Below are positions 25,620 to 35,781 of a stretch of DNA of 64,000 nucleotides, piece by piece (the stretch's first letter is position 1; every line of letters begins with the position of its first letter). The stretch is taken from positions 3,566,387-3,630,386 of the forward strand of contig NC_068983.1 in NCBI RefSeq assembly GCF_001194135.2. Direction: 5' to 3'. The notes under the pieces are model-generated. The model was not told the DNA's origin. It worked only from the letters and a program-made list of their open reading frames with translations, and did not search any database. The position numbers and the translations under genes are program-made. Origin of the DNA: Octopus bimaculoides (taxonomy: Eukaryota).

Positions 25620-25946
25620 CATTATTTACATTATTTACATTTGACAGATTTTGTCCTCATCTTGTTTGTTGTTAACACAACGTTTCAGCTGATATACCCT
25701 CCAGCCTTCATCAGGTGTCTTGGGGGAAATTTCGAACCTGGGGTCTCATTTTTAAGGTATTTTTCAATGTTATTATCATTATTATTATTATTATTATTAT
25801 CATTATTATTCGGTCACTGCCTGGAATCGAACTCGGAATCTTGGGGTTAGTAGCCCGCGCTCTTAACCATTACGCCACATGCCCGTGGGCAAATATCCGT
25901 CAAATGTAAATAATGTACATAATTCCTCTTCTCTTAAATATAGAAC
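25620..25946 (-). mobile_element. Family A element: tRNA-like head, (AAT)n, hammerhead, 3' tail, with inverted own 3' end and 12-bp TSD
   Basis: A-box TGGCGTAATGG (rc 25867-25877), B-box GTTCGATTCC (rc 25823-25832); tgtagtactaga at 25608-25619 and 25947-25958; homologs at 42705, 45769, 58425. Confidence 0.8.
25674..25719 (-). ncRNA. Minimal type I hammerhead ribozyme (family A, best-preserved copy)
   Basis: GACAC-CTGATGA-A-GGCTG gagggtatat CAGCT-GAAA-CG-TT-GTGTT; palindromic stem III ACGT, GUU site, G-U closing stem II. Confidence 0.8.
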
Positions 25947-26339
25947 TGTAGTACTAGATATATTTGATGATGGGAGGGACAGGGCTGAAGTTTCCCAAAT
26001 AATTCAAGAACAGCAAATTATCTGCGAGTCAGTTGTACTTTTCTTTTTTTATGCAACTCTACACTGGCAGTAGATGAAACAGCTTGTGGCAAGGCACTAC
26101 ATTGTGCATAGGAATATGAGATGATATTATCCACTAAGACTGGTAACAGAAATCTGCAGGGCAAAATACAAAAAACCAAAAAAATTGACAGAATTAAGTT
26201 ACTTCAGAGGGAACCCTCCAGGATTAGGAGCCATGAAGCTTAAGCTTCATGAGTTTTATAGTAGATCCGCCAATGGTTTTTGTTGCTATCAAGCACAGTA
26301 GCGGAATTATATCAGAAGATGAAAGATTATCAGTTGTAA

Positions 26340-26600
26340 TACTTATGAAAGAAATATTCTGTGCTGATGAAGGGAAATAACCTGGAAATTGCGATACACA
26401 GATATTGTTTTGAGCTGAGTGGGGGTGCTAGGTTCCCTTGTTCGAAAATATAAGGACATAGATCGTGTCATATAGTCAGCTGGAGATGATGTCTCCTGGG
26501 GCTAAATTACAGCAACATTCGTCCTAAACCAGGACTGGCATGTTATGTTGGCAAACAATCTTTACTACAAATTACTATTGCTGAATATCTCACGGTGTGA
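26340..26600 (+). mobile_element. Second family C copy, diverged
   Basis: Aligns by eye with 13257-13460 (tgttcgaa...aaggaca...gtgtcatatag...gctaa...ttcgtcctaa...ggactg.catgtt). Confidence 0.7.
26358..26402 (+). ncRNA. Minimal type I hammerhead ribozyme (family C)
   Basis: TCTGTG-CTGATGA-AGG gaaataa CCT g-GAAA-T tgcg A-TA-CACAGA; intact core, 6-bp stem I covarying with the 13257 copy. Confidence 0.72.
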
Positions 26601-26908
26601 GATTTAAAAATAGTAATTTTCTAATGAAATAAATTGTTGTACTACAACTAAGGAAAAGAAAGAAAAAAAACTGTTTTTCGAAAAAATTTCTTTTTATTAA
26701 AAAAATGTTTCAGATTAATTTGAAAACAACAATCTGAAAAATCCCCACCAAAGAAATTGCAACTTAGGTGAACNNNNNNNNNNNNNNNNNNNNNNNNNNN
26801 NNNNNNNNNNNNNNNNNNNNNNNNNNNNNNNNNNNNNNNNNNNNNNNNNNNNNNNNNNNNNNNNNNNNNNNTCGGGGGGGAGCAGGGGAAGTCAGGATCA
26901 AGGATTGA

Positions 26909-26944
<36 letters not shown>

Positions 26945-27440
26945 TGAGTGTACGTTTTTAAGGCGTGTGTAAATGTGTTTGTGTGTGTGTGTGTGTGTGC
27001 GCGCGTGTAAATGTGGAGCGTGTCTGTGTGCGTTTTGTGTGTGTAGACAAAGAGTGTATGTTTGAGTGAGTGAAAGGAATGTGTGTGTGTGTGTGTGTGA
27101 AGATCACCCCCACCACCATCATCGATACAGTTATCAGCAGCAGCCGCAGTATCGGCATCCTCAAATCAATAAGCCAACCTCATTAAACGATACACAATTG
27201 TTGTTTAGTACTATTTCAGGTGGGGGGAGGGGGAGGTAATTAATCAAGACCCATTATACGTTTACAATTTTCAAAAAAAAAAAAAAAGAAATACCCCGTT
27301 CATTTTCTAATGTGAAAAAAATGTACCCTGGACTACTTCATCCATTGTAACTTGCATCTTCTGAAACGATAGAATGTAATTTGACCGCCGGTCAGTCCTG
27401 ATCGACTAGAGCTAGCACTAAAAAAGAGATCGTCTAACCG

Positions 27441-27664
27441 CAGGGGTTCTCAACTGGGTCCCACATGACCTTTGGGAGGTCCATATATGATTTTACTGCA
27501 ATAAATTAGTCATACTTCTACAACACATTGTTTGCTTCTACAGTTTAATAATTTTTTAAATACAATTCCTAATATTTAATTCTAAATATATAAGGAGAGT
27601 TCATTCAGGTGAAACAGGAATTAAAGGGGTCCAGAGATGAAAAAAAAATTGTTGAGAACCACTG
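27441..27664. mobile_element. hAT (Charlie-type) MITE
   Basis: TIRs CAGGGGTTCTCAAC / GTTGAGAACCACTG; imperfect flanking duplication gtctaaccg / gtctacag. Confidence 0.8.
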
Positions 27665-28970
27665 GTCTACAGTATGACCTTTGTGGGAAAAAAAAAGACA
27701 AGGTGCACTTTAAGGAAGGTTTAATGAGAGAGAAGGCAAATCTCGCTTCAATCGCATCAGTTTAATAGAAAGGGTGATGAATTAGTCGAGATGACGAGTT
27801 ATAATGAGAGCGAGAAAAGGCGGGAGGGAGAAAAAGAGATAACAATTGTAGAATGAGAGAGGTTAAAATAAGAGAGATAGAAAGAGAGAGAGAGGGGGAG
27901 GGGTGTGTGTATGGCGGTGAGAACAAATGTGAGCTTAGACTGTACAACCTAGACTGTAACTCCCCCTCCACTCCAACCCTCACTCAAAACTCCCAAATAG
28001 CTGACATAAATGACAGTCGTCATCGTAAGTCTCTTTCTCTCTCACTTTTCATCATTTCTCTTCTCTTTCTCCCTTTCCATACTTCTATATTTCTATTCTT
28101 CTAGCTCTCTCTCTCTCTCTCTTTCCATATTTCGATTTTCCTTCCTTTTTTTCTCTCTCCCTTTCATTCTTTTCTTTCTCTTTCCCTATTTCCATCGTTC
28201 TAACTTTCTCTTTTACTACCTTCTGTATATCTCTATCTTTCAATTCTTCTCTTTCGTTCTTTCATTTTCTTTTTTGTCGTTCTATATATTTCGTTCTTTC
28301 CATTTTCCTCTTTCTATTCTATCAATATTTAATAAATTCCTCACCTTGGACAGTGAATAACTCTTCATACGTTCTGGATAAATTGAAAGATGTGTCTAAC
28401 ACATCTGCAAATAATCACCACTACCATCGCTACTACTACTATCGTGGTCCTCCCTCTACCACTCCCACTATCATCATCACCACCGCCGCCACCATCAGGG
28501 CAGTCTGACTGATGAAAATGGCAGGAATTTGTCGGGTTTTTTTTTCTCTCTGAAACAATGAAGGCAGATTCCTCCTAATTTTGGTTAGCACATTGAGTTA
28601 GAAAGACAAACACATAGTGACAGACAAGGATAGATTAAGTGAACTGGACTAGCCGCTCCAGTCGATGGTGGTGGCCATTGGCAACATATTTAAAGGTAAA
28701 GCATCCTTGTTTCTTTCTCTCTCTCGATCTCCGTGGTTCTTGAGTTCATTGTTTTTCCATTCCTCCTCGAAAACATATTACCTGTGCTGTGGCTCCTGTT
28801 GTAGGGGGTCGTCTTCTGGTTACTGTGCATGGTGCTGTTGTTTGAGAGAATTACATGTACGCCAAAAATCTTTCAAGGTTATTGTAAAACTGGAAATATC
28901 TTGGCATGAAGAAAATCAAATGTGATACACACATGTATATACACATAAACGCATACACACACATCATATA

Positions 28971-29011
<41 letters not shown>

Positions 29012-29088
29012 NNNNNNNNNNNNNNTATACACATATACGCACTAACATGCATCGATGCATGCCTACACACAGACATGTATATAAACGA

Positions 29089-29185
29089 GAGGGAGGTAAA
29101 GAATACGCACACCATCCGTTTTCGGCGTAACAAGAACCCTAACCCTAACCCTAAACACCGTGTGTGCATATTCTTTATCTTCGCC
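29089..29185. mobile_element. 97-bp MITE with 9-bp TSD and internal (AACCCT)3
   Basis: TIRs homologous to 4622-4681; tataaacga at 29080-29088 and 29186-29194. Confidence 0.8.
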
Positions 29186-29371
29186 TATAAACGATAGATA
29201 GATATGTAGGCGTTACATCTGTAGGAATGCCTATATATATGCACACCGTAAACGTTAAATGAAGATGATATATATATGTATGTATGTATATATAAAGATG
29301 CACACAACATATATAAACACATGTATATTAAACGGTATATTTATATATAGGCATCACATCTGCAGGAATGC

Positions 29372-29407
<36 letters not shown>

Positions 29408-29585
29408 GAAGCATGCACACAACATACATACACACATGTATATTAAACGGTATATTTATATATAGGCATCACATCTGTAGGAATGCTAATATATGTCTGT
29501 GTAGTTTACGTTCTAACGCATAAAACTCTCGGACCTTGAGTCACGGTTGTTAAATATTTATGTGTATATACATACATACATACAG

Positions 29586-29623
<38 letters not shown>

Positions 29624-29666
29624 CAGGGTGTATATATATATATATGTATATATATATATACACATA

Positions 29667-29897
29667 CAGGGTTGACCAGAAGTCACCCGACAGTATATCA
29701 AAATTCCAAAAATACTTAATATTCACTTATGAATATTCAGTAATTGAAATCTGTGAGTTAAAAATCACCGTTTGTTTGTTTGTTTGTTTTTTCTAACATT
29801 TGTCTATTTATTAGCGGAGTCTCTTATAAAATAATTTTTGTTTTAATCTTGGAATTAAATGGGTCTTGATTCACTGTCAGGTGACTTTTGGCCAACC

Positions 29898-29900
<3 letters not shown>
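29667..29900. mobile_element. Tc1/mariner-type MITE
   Basis: TA-flanked; left CAGGGTTGACCAGAAGTCACCCGACAGT vs reverse complement of right CATGGTTGGCCAAAAGTCACCTGACAGT. Confidence 0.85.
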
Positions 29901-29944
<44 letters not shown>

Positions 29945-30154
29945 TTTATTCTTTTATTTGTATCATTTGAGCGTAGCCATGCTAGAGCACTACCTTTAGT
30001 CGAACAAATCGACCCCCAGGACTTGTTCTTTGCAAGCCTAGTACTTATTTTATCGGTTTCTTTTGCAGAACCACTAAGTTACGGGGATGTGAACACGTTA
30101 ATATCGGTTGTCAAGCGATGGTGGGGGGGGACAAACACAGATACAAATAACAAG

Positions 30155-30215
<61 letters not shown>

Positions 30216-30256
30216 CAATTTTTTTTTTCTCCGTGTTTTTCTCCTTGTCTCCGTAT

Positions 30257-30293
30257 TCTTTCTGTTGAAGAGCGTAGCTCGAAACGTCAAAGA
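30257..30293 (+). ncRNA. Minimal hammerhead-like motif with CUGUUGA core (family B)
   Basis: TCTTT-CTGTTGA-A-GAGC gta GCTC-GAAA-CG-TC-AAAGA; surrounding 30230-30375 homologous to the reverse complement of 54960-55110. Confidence 0.7.
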
Positions 30294-30383
30294 CTTTCCG
30301 TATTCCCGAGCGTCATGCTAATATATACTTTTGTTATTTACACCACCTGTCCTCGTCTGTTGTTATTATTTGTATATTCTCCC

Positions 30384-30419
<36 letters not shown>

Positions 30420-30512
30420 GACGGGCTTCTTTCAGTTTCTATCTACCAAGTCCAATCACAAGTATTTGGTCGGCCCGAGTAGAAGACACTTGCCTAAGAT
30501 GCCACGCACTCC

Positions 30513-30555
<43 letters not shown>

Positions 30556-30912
30556 ATACATATAAACATGTGTGTGTGTGAGAGAGATATACACATGCAT
30601 ATTTTGTGTGTGTGTTTCGATTACATATTTGTTTTGTAAGATTCTTAATGTGAAGTCGTGTGTTGAAGCATTTTTACACTTGGGGACGCTCATATTTTGC
30701 CAGCATACATACGCACTATTTATTTAACTTTATTATTAGTTGCGTGACGAATGAACTAATAATAATAATAATAATAATAAAGCTAAAGTCGAATTAAAAT
30801 AAATTAGGCGTGTGTTTATTAGCGAAATGAATATTCCCAAGTACAACAATGTGATTATATATTTAAATATACATGATTATTTATATAAATATGTACGATT
30901 ATATATATATTA

Positions 30913-30971
30913 GGATCTGAAGAATCGCTGTAAAGCTGAGCTCTTTATGGAAGTGAAACTCGGGGTAATCC
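30913..30971 (+). ncRNA. Hammerhead motif with extended, partly decayed stem II
   Basis: GGAT-CTGAAGA-...GTAAAG ctgagct CTTTAT...-GAAA-C tcggg G-TA-ATCC. Confidence 0.5.
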
Positions 30972-31199
30972 CATAGACCGGACATAGCTATCTTTATATA
31001 TAAGTTCAAATAACGGTTACAGACCTGAATAAGTGATAATAAAATCCAATGAAAATACTGGTTAGTTACCTATTAAAAAAGTGTTGAATATTACAATTAA
31101 TATTCACCTGTAAGGTAACTAGATAAACCGAGGTTTATATATATTTTAGGAAGACAAGAAAATAGATAATTATTTATTAATTTAAAAATTAGACATCAT

Positions 31200-31281
31200 C
31201 TCTGACAGCTGTTTCGATTCCAGACCTTTATAAATTGATTACCACAATTAAAACCATTTAAAAGTCGACTCTTATCAGAGC
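31200..31281 (-). ncRNA. Degenerate hammerhead motif
   Basis: Reverse complement CT-CTGATAA-long imperfect stem II-GAAA-C AGCT G-TC-AG; palindrome ACAGCTGT; core G8>A and only 2-bp stem I. Confidence 0.35.
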
Positions 31282-31484
31282 TGGCTAAATATACAATTAC
31301 GTGTTCATATTCCTGCTTGTTGAGTATACGGTTCCAAACTGTGAATATATAAATAGTTACTAATTATCATTTCCGGAGCAAGATGTAAACATTAACCTAA
31401 AATTTATCTTTCTACTTGTTCTACAATACATTTCAAGGCTTCGAAAACAAACTTGTTTGTTTACATACGACGTTGTGTGTGTGC

Positions 31485-31552
<68 letters not shown>

Positions 31553-32053
31553 NNNNNNNNNNNNNNNNNNNNNNNNNNNNNNNNNNNNNNNNNNNNNNNN
31601 NNNNNNNNNNNNNNNNNNNNNNNNNNNNNNNNNNNNNNNNNNNNNNNNNNNNNNNNNNNNNNNNNNNNNNNNNNNNNNNNNNNNNNNNNNNNNNNNNNNN
31701 NNNNNNNNNNNNNNNNNNNNNNNNNNNNNNNNNNNNNNNNNNNNNNNNNNNNNNNNNNNNNNNNNNNNNNNNNNNNNNNNNNNNNNNNNNNNNNNNNNNN
31801 NNNNNNNNNNNNNNNNNNNNNNNNNNNNNNNNNNNNNNNNNNNNNNNNNNNNNNNNNNNNNNNNNNNNNNNNNNNNNNNNNNNNNNNNNNNNNNNNNNNN
31901 NNNNNNNNNNNNNNNNNNNNNNNNNNNNNNNNNNNNNNNNNNNNNNNNNNNNNNNNNNNNNNNNNNNNNNNNNNNNNNNNNNNNNNNNNNNNNNNNNNNN
32001 NNNNNNNNNNNNNNNNNNNNNNNNNNNNNNNNNNNNNNNNNNNNNNNNNNNNN
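31553..32053. other. Assembly gap (one of about 15 N runs, most flanked by (TA)n)
   Basis: Ns; the poly-X ORFs in the track are artefacts. Confidence 0.99.
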
Positions 32054-32097
<44 letters not shown>

Positions 32098-32284
32098 GAT
32101 CTTTCAACACACACGTTCTCTCTCTCTCTCTCTCTCTCTCACTCACATGCACACGCAAAAAAGATGAATGCATATTTATGTATGTACGTATACAATGACA
32201 ACACGTCTCTTCACTCCCTCTTTCACACACACACACACGTCCATTTCATATACACGTACGTACATCTTTCACTCTAAAACAAAA

Positions 32285-32625
32285 GGAGTAGCTGTGTAGT
32301 AAGAAGGTTGCTTCCCAACCACATGGTTCCGGGTTCATTCCCACTGCGTGGCACCTTGGGAAAGTGTCTTCTATAGCCTCGGGCCGACCAAAGCCTTGTG
32401 AGTGGATCTGGAAGACGGAAACTGAAAGAAGTGTGTCTGTTCCCCACCCACCACCATCGCTTGACAACAGATGTTGGTGCGTTTACGTCCCCGTAACTTA
32501 GCGGTTCGGCAAAAGAACCGATGGAATAAGTACTAGGCTTACAAAGTATAAGTCCTGGGGGTCGATTTGTTCGACTAAAGGCGGTACTCCAGCATGGCCA
32601 CAGTCAGATGATTGATACGAATAAA
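32285..32625 (+). mobile_element. CORE-like SINE, full length
   Basis: tRNA-like head, gtggcaccttgggaaagtgtctt, 3' half. Confidence 0.85.
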
Positions 32626-33099
32626 NNNNNNNNNNNNNNNNNNNNNNNNNNNNNNNNNNNNNNNNNNNNNNNNNNNNNNNNNNNNNNNNNNNNNNNNNNN
32701 NNNNNNNNNNNNNNNNNNNNATATATACGTATATGTATTTTTATATACACCGACAACCCCATAAAAGAGTGCCGATCTCAGAAAGAAGATGGAACACGTG
32801 GAAGAGGGAGACCCAGAAAGACATGAGACAAAGGACTGAAGGTGACTTCAGGACGCTGAATCTTTCAGACAAGATGACAAAGGACTGAGATGCCTGGTGC
32901 CTTGCTGTACTCAAGGAGACCCATCCTCAACAGCAAAAGTGTTACGACCGAATCCCCTGGTGAAGAGGGATGCAGCCTGCAAGAGTAAAAGCACCCAGCA
33001 CACTCTGTGAAGTGGTTGGCGTTAGGAATGGCATTAGCCGTAGAAACCTTGCCAAATCAGACTGGAGCACGGTGCAGCTCTCCAGCTTGCCAGTATGGA

Positions 33100-33440
33100 C
33101 ATCGGGCGTTGGGCCCCGTGCTATCCGCCTACTACAAAATCGAACTCAGGACACGTAGCAACATTACGACATAGCTACTTTACCTCAATCGGTCCAGCTC
33201 TCTTTAATACCATACCAAAATACGTCAAAACGGAAACGGATCCCATAAAATTCAAAAGTTCATTGGACAAATTTCTTCAAAAATTCCCGGACCAACCTCC
33301 TCCACCCGGATATGTCTCCAACAATAATAACTCTTTGCTAGAGTGTGCCATGGTGTCCCATATATGACTGAATGACTTCACCACGTGGTGCTGTTAAGTT
33401 AGACATGGCCGGGGCTTATACTCACCAAAACCTATCAAAG
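33100..33440 (+). mobile_element. CR1/L2-group LINE 3' end
   Basis: TLRHSYFTSIGPALFNTIPKYVKTETDPIKFKSSLDKFLQKFPDQPPPPGYVSNNNNSL, typical ORF2 C-terminus. Confidence 0.7.
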
Positions 33441-35229
33441 TTATTGTTCCCGTGTCGTCAAAAATGCCGACAGTTTTAATAATGATAGTAACTGGCATTA
33501 TCAAAACAATGAGAGAATCCATTGATAGATGCCAGCAATCAAGTAAATATACGTAGATACACAAAACTGAAGCACTTGGAAATATCGGCCGCGTAATGTA
33601 ACATCGTCCTCGTTTAACGACAGGTCTGCTTCTATAAGATTCTTCTAGCTTGGTGTCTACGTACTTCCTTCCGCTTCTGGCTACCAAATCTACTCACAAG
33701 ATTTTGGTCGTCGCTCCGATATGTATAGTAAAGGATAAAGGACTCGCCTCGGTCATGAATGACCATTGGATTGCACCTAGAAAGTTATGGATGACTAACA
33801 GTCACCCATGCAGACCAGCCTCCCCGTCTCCACGCCACTGATGTGATTCAGTGATGATACAGCTTGGCACCAGTGACGTCACAACTAATTTCCGCAGTTG
33901 AATAATTTGGAGCACCGCGAAATAGTGTCTTGCTCAAGAGCACAACACACAGCCTGGCCTAGGAATCGAACTCACTACCTCATGATTGTGGGCCTAACGC
34001 TCTAACCACTGTTTCAGTCATTTGACTGCGGCCATGGCCAAACCGCTGGATCAATCTATACCAAATTTAGCATGAAGGTTTTTCATTACTCAGGGAATAT
34101 GTATAGAAATAAAAATGAAACTATAGCCTCGGGCCAACCAAAGCCTTGTGAGTGGATTCGGTAGACGGGAACTGAAAGAAGCCCATCGTGTTTATGTATA
34201 TGTGCGTGTGTGTGTGTGGTTATGTATGTTCGTGTCTGTGTTTGTCTCCTTCCCCCCAACATCGCTTGACAACCGATGTTGGTGTGTTTACGTTTCCGCA
34301 ACTTAGCGGCGGTTCCGCAAGAGACCGATAGACTAAGTACTAGGCTCGATTTTTTCGACTAAAGGCGGTGCTCCAGCTTGGCCGCAGTCAATATATATAT
34401 ATATATATATATAGATAGATAGATAAAACTTACTTGGAAAGGGATGCGTGGCGTTCGATCATATAATATAAATAATGTATAAATATATACATACATATAT
34501 GTACATACCTACACGTGCAACATAAAGAGTTTCGAAACTCGGAGTAGATGAAACAGGGACAACTGATGAAGGGACATACACTTTATGTTGCATATCTCGT
34601 TTCTCTGTTTGTTTCGTTCTTCGAAAAAAAGTTCGTTTTCTGTTTTCGTTTCTCATTGTGTTCAACGTATTTTTGATGTCCCGTATCCATATATGCATGT
34701 ATATATACATATATATGTAGGTATGTACATATTTGTATGGATATATGCATATATTTATATATTATTTATATTATTATTATGTATATATATATGCACACAC
34801 ACACTTATCTCTATATATACGTGTGTGTGTGTGTATACACTCCTTCATACGCATATATATGTATATATATACCTATACATGTGTGTGTGTGTGAGTATGT
34901 TTGTTTACGCTTCTGTAAAAAATGTTGTTCTTGGAAACAAATGTTTAATTTCCTATACTCACAAGTATGTCTGTGTGTGTGAAACTGACAAACTAAATGT
35001 AATTTACGAGAAAATTTTACAGTTTTATTTCGTTTTTGGATTTGGTTTGCAAGATTCTTTATGCGAGTTCCCGTGTTGAAGCAGACACAACAGATTTTGC
35101 AGTTTTATTTTGATTAAAAACCCAGCGACTACAGAGAAAATTCTGTCACTACAGTTCTGCATTTAGCATCTCCGTTAATTGTTTTACCATTCTCCCAGAG
35201 TGACCAACGGACATTTATTGTGTATGTTT

Positions 35230-35263
<34 letters not shown>

Positions 35264-35745
35264 NNNNNNNNNNNNNNNNNNNNNNNNNNNNNNNNNNNNN
35301 NNNNNNNNNNNNNNNNNNNNNNNNNNNNNNNNNNNNNNNNNNNNNNNNNNNNNNNNNNNNNNNNNNNNNNNNNNNNNNNNNNNNNNNNNNNNNNNNNNNN
35401 NNNNNNNNNNNNNNNNNNNNNNNNNNNNNNNNNNNNNNNAAGCATATGATTCCCATGCTTTCCCTGATGAGAAGGTTACAATTTTAATATCAAAAATCCC
35501 TATGGATCACATAGGTTGTAATCCTTTGAAACATATGTAGGAATAAAGTATGCAATTATAACATGCGTTTTCTCCAATCCTTAAATTCTTAAATATACTC
35601 AAATAACCAAAATTTCAAGGAGTTCCTGCCTTAAAAACAGGAACTAAACCAGTTATTTTGTGTTCTTTGCTACATTGGTTTCTATTAACCCATTTATTCT
35701 ATCAGAAGAATTTTTATTCATTAAGATAGAAGAAATACACATAAT

Positions 35746-35781
<36 letters not shown>

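Larger units (their letters stand above)
23870..26275 (-). mobile_element. hAT transposon remnant (ZMYM1/DUF4371-like transposase) with probable 5' terminus at 26275
   Basis: GFSDWMNILRTLENHEDSMEH; GQSYDNASSMKG...CASHALNLV; reverse complement of 26261-26275 reads CATTGGCGGATCTAC, a CAGTGGCGGATC-type end. Linking that end to the ORF is inference. Confidence 0.7.

Noticed and set aside
25811-25884. Functional tRNA gene
   Set aside because: Imperfect acceptor and anticodon stems, no Pol III T-run terminator, and embedded in a dispersed element; treated as a SINE head
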